From positions 9,176,001 to 9,240,000 of the forward strand of contig CM106586.1 of the NCBI GenBank assembly GCA_048013815.1: a DNA stretch of 64,000 bases, written 5' to 3'. The stretch comes from Setoptus koraiensis. Lineage: Eukaryota; Animalia; Arthropoda. Within the stretch, counting starts at the first letter, position 1; every line of letters starts with the position of its first letter. The translations under genes and the position numbers were made by a program. The notes beneath the pieces are model-generated. The model saw nothing but the letters and a program-made list of their open reading frames with translations. It was not told the origin of the DNA and did no database searches. Below are positions 22,460 through 32,483 of the stretch, piece by piece.

Positions 22460-23956
22460 TTAGTTTTTTTTAGTTTCGAGCCATTCATCTTTTTCTTGTC
22501 GTTTTTCCGCTAAACGCTCGTCTATTTGAATGCGGTTAAGATATGGTTTCGGATTTTTCCTGACAAAAATTATAAGCATGGTAAAGAAAAGGACGAAACC
22601 GACAACCACGGCTGCTGCTACCGCTAATTCTTTTGGAAGAGGCATATGATGTGCATGTGTATCCCACGGATAATGGGTGACTGCGTGATGAGCAACGGTT
22701 GCCCCATTGTGTACGACAGCACCAGCGAATTTTACATCTCGCTCGGAATCTTGTTCGCTTGCCATCAATGATTGCTTGATGGACTCATCGAACACGGATA
22801 ATTTCAGATATTTGGCCAATAAGCGTTCGGCGCCAGCACGTTTCAACAGCCAACCGGACAGACCCTTTGATTGCGTGTAGCACTTTAGGTCGGCATCAAA
22901 CGAATCGAAGGTGTCTGGCTGCTCGAATTTGTGCACCGGATTATCAGCGATCTGATTGGGTGATTCTTTGGTGATGTTGACAATGAAAATTCGTTCGTCG
23001 TTCACTATTTCCCTGTCGAGTTTGTCCACTACATCGCTGTCTAAATCTAGATTTGCTTGCACAATGAGAACACCTTGGCAATATTGAACGGCTTGTATCC
23101 AGTTGAGCAGTCTCACATTTTCGCTTAAGCTTTTTTCTAGATCGCCCGTGTCGTCGCGTGCCAGATACCCCTTCATGGCCAGCAGCGGAATGGTGTAAAT
23201 GGATGCTCGCGCATATCGCTCTATTATTTTGCAAGCCTTCTTAAGTTGGTAGAATTGCTCGATTGACTGTTGCGTATTGAATGTCATTCTGATTGATACG
23301 TCTGAATCTGGCGTGGGCTTCAACGAATCTGCCAGAATGATATTCTCGGCCTTGTTGAACACTGTCGGAGTGAACTTCATGGCCACACTGAGCACCTTTC
23401 TCATGGGCACACTCAATTTCTGAAAGCCTCTGTCATCAATTGGAGCTTGCGACACCTCAGTGATCTTGGCCAGACTAGCCACCAGCGCTTCGTCTTTCTC
23501 TGCTGACTTCAGTTTTTCTGCCAGCGACTTTTTACAAGTCAATATAACTTGACCTGCAAACAATCGGAAAAACGGAACTAGTCGGTGGGTGTGCTTCCGT
23601 TTGAGATGCTTTCCACGACTGGCATTGGCTTTCAATTGTTTATCAACAGCCAACAATTGATCCGCAAATCCTGGTTCGCATACCGACGAAGTTTCTGCTT
23701 GCTCTACGACACCTTGCAACAATTTCAGATCAGAGTATCCATCTACACTGCGAAGACACTTGTTCAATATTTCCTCCTGTTCTTCTCCCAGCCAGCTAGA
23801 AAAGTCCGCCAAAAATAAGAATGAGACAACCTTATCTAGTCTCCTGACCAAATCAACACATTGTGGCGTATTTATTGCATTGACTTTGTTGTGGAATGCA
23901 ATTTCTCCAACACACATCAGACACAACATCAACAGGCTGCTTCGCGACACGATCAT
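22460..23956 (-). CDS. Uncharacterised type-I membrane protein, 498 aa, intronless
   Basis: N-terminal signal-like MIVSRSSLLMLCLMCVGEIAF, Cys-containing ectodomain, His-rich juxtamembrane stretch, C-terminal TM (LAVAAAVVVGFVLFFTMLIIFV) and short basic tail. Confidence 0.85.
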   Translation of the reverse strand: MIVSRSSLLMLCLMCVGEIAFHNKVNAINTPQCVDLVRRLDKVVSFLFLADFSSWLGEEQEEILNKCLRSVDGYSDLKLLQGVVEQAETSSVCEPGFADQLLAVDKQLKANASRGKHLKRKHTHRLVPFFRLFAGQVILTCKKSLAEKLKSAEKDEALVASLAKITEVSQAPIDDRGFQKLSVPMRKVLSVAMKFTPTVFNKAENIILADSLKPTPDSDVSIRMTFNTQQSIEQFYQLKKACKIIERYARASIYTIPLLAMKGYLARDDTGDLEKSLSENVRLLNWIQAVQYCQGVLIVQANLDLDSDVVDKLDREIVNDERIFIVNITKESPNQIADNPVHKFEQPDTFDSFDADLKCYTQSKGLSGWLLKRAGAERLLAKYLKLSVFDESIKQSLMASEQDSERDVKFAGAVVHNGATVAHHAVTHYPWDTHAHHMPLPKELAVAAAVVVGFVLFFTMLIIFVRKNPKPYLNRIQIDERLAEKRQEKDEWLETKKN

Positions 23957-24269
23957 TTATTTGCCTAGCTGTTCCTGGTTTATGGCGCAACAAACTATCT
24001 GAATGAGTTGGTTTAATGATGGACTTATTCGGTCAATTTGTGATCATTACTTTTCGCTCGGCCCTTTGATTGCTTCGATTGGCAGAGATCGCCCACTATT
24101 TATACTTCGGATTCGCGTCATGAAATTACAGCAAGCTTACAGGTTCGCATACGAATCTATTCTTGTCTATTCCGAAAATAGTTCAATCATGAGACATTTA
24201 TACGAAAAGATCCAATCGACATCTTTCCATTTGTCGATTTAAATGTCACCAAAATCAACTAACAATCAT

Positions 24270-24621
24270 TGTGCTGCTAGTCGATATAGCCCCACAAAAT
24301 GGTCTGTGTCTCGGGTTGGTTACGACGATCATCATTTGCATGGCATCTAACCAGTTTCAGCCACATGATGCCGCAATTGTCGGGCCGGAAATTCTCTGAT
24401 GAAATTCTCTGTGAGGCCTCTTAATACTTAATACTAAACACCTGACCTTCAGTCAGAAATCTTGGTTTTGCGAAGTACCGTTTGATGAGGCGAGAATAGT
24501 CAAATGAAGAGGGATAATTTGGCGAATGTTTCAAAGTAATAGAGGCCGTGGTGCGATCATATGTTAATATTTGCACAAACAAGTGAGTGACTTGTGCATG
24601 ACAACCGATACAACTTTTCAA
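24270..24621 (-). pseudogene. Possible decayed PEX6 (peroxin-6) N2-domain fragment
   Basis: SITLKHSPNYPSSFDYSRLIKRYFAKPRFLTEGQVFSI resembles remembered human PEX6 [38 protein letters not shown]. It is interrupted by a TATTAAG tandem duplication and stop, followed by IMWLKLVRC...GYID* in another frame. Confidence 0.45.
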
Positions 24622-24972
24622 CGAGAGTTACAGTTTTCGGTTGGATATTCATTGGGTGAATCGTATGCTCGTCAATCTCTAGTTCAATACTGTTCGAATT
24701 ATCCGCCAGTCAATCGACTCACTCACTTGTCAGGGAAAACCGTTCAATTTGTTCATCGCATTGTTCGTCCTTGATGCAACCTTAACTAAAAAATCGAGCA
24801 TGGATTATTGGCGTCGCAGTCGAGACTGCCATATCACGTACAGTAGACTGCTGCACGCATCGTTACAACCAACGATTACATTTTTGGGTTGTTACACAAC
24901 TGCATGCTTCAATTACATTATTGTATTAATACTTCGTGTTTGCAAATTTATTTACACGACAAGTGAAAAGCA

Positions 24973-25824
24973 ATGGATAAATTACCCAACGAACTCTGGC
25001 TGAAGATCTTCAGCTATTTGAACGATTTCAAGGACCATGGCCGACTTTCAATGGTATCCAAGGAAATGAACTCACTGGTCTCCTATCATCTCGGCAAGCT
25101 AAAGAGGTTCGACGCGGGAGATCTTGGATTTGGAGACATCACGACTTTAGAGCCACTTTTCATGAAGCTCTCCAATTTGAGAGAAGTCGACCTCAGTGGA
25201 TATGTCCTGGAATTTCCTAAGGACTCGCACCGCTACTTGAGTGACAATTGTCCCATGTTGACCGATTTGGAACTACGAAGTATAGAATTCGCTCCGTCAG
25301 AGCTATTTAACCTCGTGACCAAGTGCCGGCATGTGACTACGCTCCGGATTAATTCCATCGTACTGGAAAGTGAGGATGAGTTAAGCAGGCTGTTACCTGA
25401 GGTCAAATCAAGACTCCTCCATCTTGATATGCCCTTTATTGATGGGCAACGTAATCTTGTCGTCGAAGGAGAGTATAACCTGCGATCGCTTGATATCAGA
25501 CATACTTTGCATGACGATTATCTAGATTTAATATGTGCCTGCCCGGAACTTAAAGTGTTGTCGGCTTCTTTAGTCTCAAGAGAATCGCTTGACAAGGTAA
25601 TCGCCAGCTGCCCTAAACTTGAGAGCTTCACATTGGAGGGATATCACCAAGATATTCCACAGCTTGAGACACCAAAAATCTATGTACGAAATATATTTAG
25701 ACAAAGTATACATCATGGATTTTCCGATGACGACGACCGTGAGAAATACTACGATCCATACCCCCCCGACGTGGAAACCCGGTACTCGGAAACTCCTTCC
25801 GATCGTACATGGTCGAATAGTTAA
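24973..25824 (+). CDS. Divergent F-box/LRR paralog 6, intronless, 283 aa
   Basis: MDKLPNELWLKIFSYLNDFKDHGRLSMVSKEMN F-box; LREVDLSG, LTDLELRS, LRSLDIR and LESFTLEG LRRs. Confidence 0.88.
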   Translation: MDKLPNELWLKIFSYLNDFKDHGRLSMVSKEMNSLVSYHLGKLKRFDAGDLGFGDITTLEPLFMKLSNLREVDLSGYVLEFPKDSHRYLSDNCPMLTDLELRSIEFAPSELFNLVTKCRHVTTLRINSIVLESEDELSRLLPEVKSRLLHLDMPFIDGQRNLVVEGEYNLRSLDIRHTLHDDYLDLICACPELKVLSASLVSRESLDKVIASCPKLESFTLEGYHQDIPQLETPKIYVRNIFRQSIHHGFSDDDDREKYYDPYPPDVETRYSETPSDRTWSNS

Positions 25825-25896
25825 TAGAAATACCGAGGCCTCGTATGAATCAAAAATATACAGAATGTTGTTTACACTCAAAATGCATGTTGAGCA

Positions 25897-26042
25897 CAGT
25901 GATCGGGGCAGGTTGCGAGGCGACCTCCCCGCTGGGAGGCGGGAGGCCAAGTGGGAGGGGAAAGCGGGAGGTTCAAGCCCATATAGTGGGAGGTTCAAGC
26001 CCATATAGCGGGAGGTGGGAGGAATACCTGCCCCGATCACTA
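25897..26042. mobile_element. Small hAT-like MITE, 146 bp
   Basis: 17-bp TIRs (CAGTGATCGGGGCAGGT / ACCTGCCCCGATCACTA, 1 mismatch). 8-bp flanking direct repeats GTTGAGCA/GTTGAGCT. Internal GGGAGG-rich tandem units (GGGAGGTTCAAGCCCATATAG x2). Confidence 0.75.
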
Positions 26043-26285
26043 GTTGAGCTCGATTTTTTGTAACTGCCACGGAAACGCTATACGGATAATAATAATTTTA
26101 TTGCGGTTTGGTGACAGCTGAAGAGATTGAAAAGATTTATTTGATGGAATGGGGGATCATTGCTGTTGTTGTTACATAATAATAATTCACGTTTTTTTTT
26201 CTGTTAACTTTCACACGTATTTACATCACCGATTGACTGATTAAGACTGCTCGATCGATTGCGTAGTCTTAATCATTTGTGTTGG

Positions 26286-29200
26286 TCAGTGTTGGGCGCT
26301 TGTGGCGGTCTTGTTTGGCGGAGGCCAGGGATAGGCGACACCACGAACTAAATTGATTGCCTTTATGAATTCCTGTTTCGGTTCAACTCGCTCACCTGTT
26401 GTGCTGGCCGTTGTGTCTTGCTGCTGGTCAACAGGTTTGCTAGTTGTTGTGTCATTTCTGTTTGTTTGCATCGATGCTGTTGTTGTTGTTGTTGTTGCCA
26501 CTGGTGTCGTTGGCCTCTCTGGATTCATTTCACTCGGTTCCCATAGATTGTCTATTTGGCTTTGTTCTGTCACAATGGTTGTTGCCTTGGTTGTTGTTGT
26601 TGCATCGTTCGTGAAAAAATCACTCAATGTAGATGGCGGTGCAACCGTTGTAACGGTTGTGTCTGTTGTTGTTGTTGTCGTCGTCGGTATGGTGGTTGTT
26701 GTGCTTGTTGTTGTTGAACTTGATCTGTATTCATGTGGCCGCTGTTGTTGGTGCTCGCTGTCGTTATTAATTATATCGTTTGATTTATCCCTCATGGGCA
26801 CAAAACCTCCATCGCTTCCGGTGCTCCGTCGACCGGCCATCGAGCGCATACCTCGCATTTGTTGATTGTCCGCCTGTTTATCATCTGTTGTTGTTGTTGA
26901 CATACGATTGTTGTTGCTGTCTCTGCTGACCAGAGTGTAAGCCGACTCCATGAGCAGCTTGTCCGGGGCCCCATTGGCGTTCTTGGCCACTGGGCGCTGC
27001 TCTTTGCTGGCGTCGCCCTGATAACTTTGATGAATCTCTGGCTGTCGGGCACGGTGCTGATCGGGTGAGGGATATCTTTTGTCATTGTCGTAAATGGCCC
27101 CATTTTGGGCCCGCTTGCTCGCTTGTTGTTTGTCGCCACCGGAAGCATCGGTGCGATTGTGAGCGACCGTGAGGCGTTCGTTTTCTCTGCTCGGCTCAAC
27201 CACTGGGGCCATGTTCGAGTAGTCGGTGTACAAGTGGGCCGAGTTTGACACTTGCTGCTGCCGATACTGATCGTCCGCACTCATTTGCATGTTGTCCGAC
27301 GGTGGCGCCGCGCCCTCGGGCGACGACCACGTTCTCACTAGCTCGTGACCCGAGCTTTGGCTGTCCGCCGGCATCATCAAGTTTTGCGGGCCGTCCGCTG
27401 GCATCATCAAGTTTTGCGGGCCGTCCGCTGGCATCGTCGGGTTTTGCGCCGCAAACGAGGCCGCCGCCGCCGCCTGAGCGTATCGGGCCTGTTGTTGTTT
27501 GGTTGCGCGATACGGTTGCTGTTGGTGGTAGTTGCCGTGATGAAACTGCTGGTTCCACTTGGAGTTCAAGCGGCGCGATGGGCCGCTCACCGGGGCCAGC
27601 CGCACCCGATGCGGCTCGTCGTCGCTGCCGAAATTGATGGCCTCGAAGAATTTGCTCGAACGCAGCGCCTGATCCTGTATCATGCGCGACAAATCCATTG
27701 CGCTCGCGCCGGGCCCGAAATCCATTTTTGGCTTCAGTTTCTTCTCGGTGCCCGCGACAATTGCGCCCGTCAGGGCGGACGCGGCCGACGAAGCCACCGA
27801 CGACGCGGCAGAGGCGGCCGCCGATGTTGCCGCGGCGCTCAACACTGCGCGAGCCGGCGATTTAGGCGCCGACGGCCTACTACTGGCCACACCGGCCAGC
27901 GGCCTGGCCGCGTGTCCGCCGGGCACCATCGATCTGAGCACGTTGCGCAGACGACTTCCGCTCGGGGCGCTTTCGGTGCCCTTGTTGCCCGTGGGCCGCC
28001 GTCTGAGGCCGCCAAACAGCCGGTTTGCACCGCTGCCGGAACCCGCGCCGCCGCCCGACGACGACGACGATGGATTTCGGTCGCGATTGTTTCTGTTGGC
28101 TCTGGCCAATGCAAACGGCAACATCATTCCGGCCATTTGCATCATACTTGGCGGCGGCGGAAACGGAATATTGGGTATCTGGGGCGCGTTGGGTATGCTG
28201 GGTATGTTGGGCATGGAGGGCAGGCGACTTTGCAGTGAGCGCATTTGATCGCGCAATTGTCTCGACAATCGCACCATAGCGGTCACATTGTTTGCGTCGG
28301 GCCCGTTGACGGACGCACTAAGACCGCTGTGAACACCGCGCAACGTGTTCATGTTTGCCAGCGCATTCAGTCCGTCGTCGTCCCAGTTGATGGGGCCCGA
28401 AATGGGGCCCACGCCGCTCGAACCGATGAACGGGGCACCGACCGCTGCCTGTTGGCCCTGGGCGGCGGCCGAGGCAAATCCGCCTATGGGAATGGTTTGT
28501 TTTGCGGGCGACGCGGACGCCATTTGCATGTGCTGCTGTTGCGCCAAACTGGCCATTGAGGGCCGCTGATAGGTGGCGACACCGTACGGTGGCGACATCA
28601 CCTTAACGGATGGCTGCCAGTTGAGTTGTTGCTGTTTGTGGCCCGTCCCGCCTTGCACGCTGTCCGCCAGCACGGGATTATGCGAATACCCGAGCGGATA
28701 CGCGACGACGGGCCGCTGCGCTACCGTGTGCTGCTGCTGAGATTGCTGGCCCAACATGAGCCAGGGCGCCTTGTTCTGCTGGCCGTTGGGCTGGCTTGAA
28801 TCGGGCGACATGCTGCTGTGCGATACCGTTGGCTCGCTCGAGGCCCAACTGATACCGGGCCCGTACTGATGGGGCCGCTTGTCGGGCTTGCCGTCGCCCT
28901 GCTGGGGCTCCTGGAAATACTGACCGTGCGGCCGCTGGGGCCGGTTGAGGGCGCTGTAGGCGGCCTCTGACCATTGCTGGGGCGACATGGGGAACTCGAG
29001 TTGTTGCTGCTGCTGGCCCGGCGGGCTGGCGTAATTGGCCAGCATCATGGCGGGCTCCGTGGACGCCACACTGTTGAACGGGCCGGCGCCCGCGGGATAG
29101 TGACCGGCAAACGCAAACTGCGACGGAATGGAGCCCATGCCCATGTCCGGCCCGTAGACGCTGGCGTCGGTGTTGGGGTTGAAATTGACATAGCCGCTAA

Positions 29201-32200
29201 AGTTGGAGCTGGCGGCCACTTGTTGCTGGCTGGCAGCGGCCGCTGCGGCCATTTGCGCCATCATCGAGTGCATGATGGAGGCCGGGTGCTGCGGGCTGCC
29301 GCTCATCGATTGGGCAGCCATGTCGGCCGCTTGCGGCATCATATGGTGCTGGTTTGCGTAAAATTGCTGATACGATTCCATGGTGGGCGCCATCATCGGG
29401 CCGGCGGCGAACATTGACTGGTGCTGGCCGAACATGGGCTCGGCGCCGGCGCCCAGTTGGTCGGCCAGCGATTGCGTAAAGTTGGCCGGTCCCTCGATCG
29501 ATTGGCCCGCGTCCGCGTCTTGCCCGGCGCCGCTGTCCTGGGTGGCGCCCGCGGCCGCCGCGTCCGCGTCCTGGTTGAATTGATACTGCTGCGCCTCTGA
29601 GCTGTCCAGCGGCTTCAGCTCGCCCGTGTTGACGTCCAGAGTGAACTGTTTCGCGGACCCGTCCGACGAGCTGCTCAGCTGATCGGTGTCAATCACGTGG
29701 TTCTTGGTGTCGCCGGCGTCTTGCGTCACGGGCTCACCTGTCGTCGACTGGCCCCTGTTTTGTTTGTTCGCGTTGGACTGCTGCTGCTGCTGTTGTTGTT
29801 GCTGCTGTTTGCTCTTCAGTCGCTTGTCCATCTTGCGGGTGTTGGCGGTCCGCGAGCTCAACCCGAACGGCTGCTGATTGAGCAGCATGGCCGCGGCCGC
29901 CATGAACTTTTCGCCCTGCTGAATGTCGCCCACGGCATTCGATATCAGGCTGGTGGTCAGTGCGGACGGCGACAACATGACCGCCGACTGGGGCATCATA
30001 ACGGTGTCCATCATTGCGGGCTCGCCGCTGAACGGGCCGCCCTCGTTCGGGCCGCTCCGCGTTTGTCGATGCTGGTGGTGGGGCGCGCTGGCGGTCACAA
30101 TGGCCGGCGATGAGGCCGCGCCCTGCAGATAGTCGGCGCTCGTGCTGGCACCGGTCGGCGCGTAGCCGGCCACCGGCCGGGCCCAGCGGGCCGGGTACTT
30201 GTTGTAGCCCGCCGCGGCATACATGCCGGGCCCGTACATGCCGGCATAGTGGGCCGGTTGGAGCGCAAGGGCGTGGTCCGCGGCGCCGCTAGCTCCCTTG
30301 CGTCGGAGTGCCGCGTTGCGCGATACCAACGCAAACAGCCGCATGGGCGACAGGTATTTGGACAGGTGATCGTGGTTGTGGCGTCTCGACGACGATTTCA
30401 GCAGTCTGAAGCGGAGATTCCTGAACAATGGCGAGCTGCTGTTCGAGCTCGGGCCGGCCGGCGCGCTTGTGTTGGTGGTGGCGGCCGCCTCCTTTAGCGA
30501 CTTGAGCACCATCTGTCGGGCCGCTTGTCCCGCCAGGGCGGTCATGGACGCTATCGCTTGCGATTCCGCGCCTATGGGCTCCATGGACATGGCGCTCATG
30601 AGCTGTTGATCGATGAACTGTTGCTGCTGCTGGCCGCTTGGCGGCCCGTTAAATTGACTGATGGCCGCATTGTGGCCGTTCCACGAACTAAATGGTGGGC
30701 CCACCACGGAGCTTTCAGCCGAATGTTGGGCCCAATCGGGCGCCGGTGCGACTCGGCTGGCGTGCCTGCCGCTCGACGCCACCGGCCTGTACGCGTACAG
30801 CTGACTCGGCTGGCTGATTGTGTGGGGCCACTTTGAGGCCTCTTGCGCCTCGTGAGTTTCTAGCATGTCGAGAGTGGGCAGCAGAGTTGGAATTGGCTTT
30901 TGTTGTTTGTTGTTGCCATTGTTGTTGTTGCTCGATTTGTTGCCTGGCGGATAATGATGACCGGAAGTGGGCGCAAAATCCGACGGCACTTGCATCAGTT
31001 GCGTTGAGTTGTGCGTGTGTCGCATCATCATTTTCATTTGATTTGATTGATTGAGCGAGTTGGCTCGCATCGACGAACTGACCTCAATGTCGGCCCCATT
31101 CTGTTGCTGTTGTTGCTGTTGCTGTCGCGAATCGTCTTGCTGCTGACCGAGCAGCTGACTCAATGGCTTCACCACGAGCGTACGTGGCAATCGCTGGTCG
31201 CCGGTGCTGTCGCCCACGCTGTACCTGCTGTTGTATAACTGGCTCAAATCAGAAGCCGACAGCGAGTCGCCGCCGTCAATTGACTTCAGTTGATCCGATA
31301 CAGAGTCTGCGCCGCCGTCGGCCAACAATTTGGTTATTTTGTCATTGAACGAGTTGCTTGCTGAAGTGTCCGCTTCCGCCGCGGCCGCGGCCGCAGCCGC
31401 TGTTTGCCGCTCACTTCCGGTCAGTGTGTCCGATGTGGGCAGCCCAGTTGGTTGTTGATATTCATTCATAAAGGTCGGGCTGATTGTCGCACGATATCTG
31501 GCCAGCGTCACGGGCAGTGACACTGGCAGCAATGGGGGAGCCGGCGAGCTCATCAGGAGATTCGATGGGGCCGCCACGGTGTCCTCGTAGCGGCGCGAAT
31601 GGTCGCCGCTGCTGAAGTGACCCTCGTAATTGTGAGGCTTATACTTTTTCACCCAATGGTGCACAACAACCGGCTTAGGCACATACTTGAGATGATGGTG
31701 ATGGTGGTGACAGTGCACCACCGGCCAGGGTATGGGCATGGGTTGCGGGTGGCCGTGCGAGCCGCCGCCGCCGCCATCGATCGCTATAACGGTCGTTTTG
31801 GAGCCCTTGCTCTTGTCGCTCTTGCCCGCCTCCGCGAACAAAATCATGCCGGCCCGCTTGTGGCGGGCGCCGGTCATTCGGGCAAGCAACGAGGCCACCA
31901 AATTGCCGTCTTGTCGGTTGTCGTTGTGGTGGCCAGCGCGCGATTGTTGGTTTGGGTCTTCTGAGATAAAGCTAATTGCTGATAGTAATAGTGAGCCGCC
32001 CATCAATGCGATTGTGACAATAAATATACTGTTGAGTTGGGGCCGCTTTGATTTGGTGCAATATTGGTGGCGCGTAGTGGTCATTTTGTGCTCGGTCAGC
32101 TTGCAATTGTTGTGTCTTGTCGACGATGGATGCTCGCTGGCGAGCAATGCACAATTATCCGTATTCATTTGATGATGATGGTGATTAGTATTCATTTGAT

Positions 32201-32483
32201 TAACTGGCTGTGATGGTGATTGATTAATTAACTTTGATGGTGATTGATTAACTGGCTTTGACGGTGATTGATCGATTAGCTCTGATAGTGATTGATTGAG
32301 ATATTGATGACTGTTGTTGTTGTTGTTGTTGTGATTGTTGCGTGCGTTTGATTGCGTCATTGTCATTGTTGACACTTGTTGTTTATTTGGTTGATGATGC
32401 AACCCGCTGATGCTGTGGTGCTGATCTAAAATGGCGGGCTGTTTGCGTTTGCGGCGGCACTTGCCACTGCTATCGGTCGTCAT
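26286..32483 (-). CDS. Very large intronless low-complexity (Q/A/S/T/P-rich) protein, ~2,065 aa, with one signal/TM-like segment; putative secreted or structural protein
   Basis: 6.2-kb uninterrupted ORF; first ATG at 32483 (ORF-track start 32507 is GTG). Hydrophobic IFIVTIALMGGSLLLSAISFI, RHKR site, Gly/His-rich motif, mucin-like Thr-rich tail, and a 30-bp coding repeat (MPADGPQNLM) at ~27360-27435. Confidence 0.85.
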   Translation of the reverse strand: MTTDSSGKCRRKRKQPAILDQHHSISGLHHQPNKQQVSTMTMTQSNARNNHNNNNNNSHQYLNQSLSELIDQSPSKPVNQSPSKLINQSPSQPVNQMNTNHHHHQMNTDNCALLASEHPSSTRHNNCKLTEHKMTTTRHQYCTKSKRPQLNSIFIVTIALMGGSLLLSAISFISEDPNQQSRAGHHNDNRQDGNLVASLLARMTGARHKRAGMILFAEAGKSDKSKGSKTTVIAIDGGGGGSHGHPQPMPIPWPVVHCHHHHHHLKYVPKPVVVHHWVKKYKPHNYEGHFSSGDHSRRYEDTVAAPSNLLMSSPAPPLLPVSLPVTLARYRATISPTFMNEYQQPTGLPTSDTLTGSERQTAAAAAAAAEADTSASNSFNDKITKLLADGGADSVSDQLKSIDGGDSLSASDLSQLYNSRYSVGDSTGDQRLPRTLVVKPLSQLLGQQQDDSRQQQQQQQQNGADIEVSSSMRANSLNQSNQMKMMMRHTHNSTQLMQVPSDFAPTSGHHYPPGNKSSNNNNGNNKQQKPIPTLLPTLDMLETHEAQEASKWPHTISQPSQLYAYRPVASSGRHASRVAPAPDWAQHSAESSVVGPPFSSWNGHNAAISQFNGPPSGQQQQQFIDQQLMSAMSMEPIGAESQAIASMTALAGQAARQMVLKSLKEAAATTNTSAPAGPSSNSSSPLFRNLRFRLLKSSSRRHNHDHLSKYLSPMRLFALVSRNAALRRKGASGAADHALALQPAHYAGMYGPGMYAAAGYNKYPARWARPVAGYAPTGASTSADYLQGAASSPAIVTASAPHHQHRQTRSGPNEGGPFSGEPAMMDTVMMPQSAVMLSPSALTTSLISNAVGDIQQGEKFMAAAAMLLNQQPFGLSSRTANTRKMDKRLKSKQQQQQQQQQQSNANKQNRGQSTTGEPVTQDAGDTKNHVIDTDQLSSSSDGSAKQFTLDVNTGELKPLDSSEAQQYQFNQDADAAAAGATQDSGAGQDADAGQSIEGPANFTQSLADQLGAGAEPMFGQHQSMFAAGPMMAPTMESYQQFYANQHHMMPQAADMAAQSMSGSPQHPASIMHSMMAQMAAAAAASQQQVAASSNFSGYVNFNPNTDASVYGPDMGMGSIPSQFAFAGHYPAGAGPFNSVASTEPAMMLANYASPPGQQQQQLEFPMSPQQWSEAAYSALNRPQRPHGQYFQEPQQGDGKPDKRPHQYGPGISWASSEPTVSHSSMSPDSSQPNGQQNKAPWLMLGQQSQQQHTVAQRPVVAYPLGYSHNPVLADSVQGGTGHKQQQLNWQPSVKVMSPPYGVATYQRPSMASLAQQQHMQMASASPAKQTIPIGGFASAAAQGQQAAVGAPFIGSSGVGPISGPINWDDDGLNALANMNTLRGVHSGLSASVNGPDANNVTAMVRLSRQLRDQMRSLQSRLPSMPNIPSIPNAPQIPNIPFPPPPSMMQMAGMMLPFALARANRNNRDRNPSSSSSGGGAGSGSGANRLFGGLRRRPTGNKGTESAPSGSRLRNVLRSMVPGGHAARPLAGVASSRPSAPKSPARAVLSAAATSAAASAASSVASSAASALTGAIVAGTEKKLKPKMDFGPGASAMDLSRMIQDQALRSSKFFEAINFGSDDEPHRVRLAPVSGPSRRLNSKWNQQFHHGNYHQQQPYRATKQQQARYAQAAAAASFAAQNPTMPADGPQNLMMPADGPQNLMMPADSQSSGHELVRTWSSPEGAAPPSDNMQMSADDQYRQQQVSNSAHLYTDYSNMAPVVEPSRENERLTVAHNRTDASGGDKQQASKRAQNGAIYDNDKRYPSPDQHRARQPEIHQSYQGDASKEQRPVAKNANGAPDKLLMESAYTLVSRDSNNNRMSTTTTDDKQADNQQMRGMRSMAGRRSTGSDGGFVPMRDKSNDIINNDSEHQQQRPHEYRSSSTTTSTTTTIPTTTTTTTDTTVTTVAPPSTLSDFFTNDATTTTKATTIVTEQSQIDNLWEPSEMNPERPTTPVATTTTTTASMQTNRNDTTTSKPVDQQQDTTASTTGERVEPKQEFIKAINLVRGVAYPWPPPNKTATSAQH

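Noticed and set aside
26353-32172. Many nested and antisense ORFs inside the giant gene (likewise inside OCA2, F-box genes and tetraspanin)
   Set aside because: Shadows of GC-rich or repetitive coding sequence; no independent motifs.
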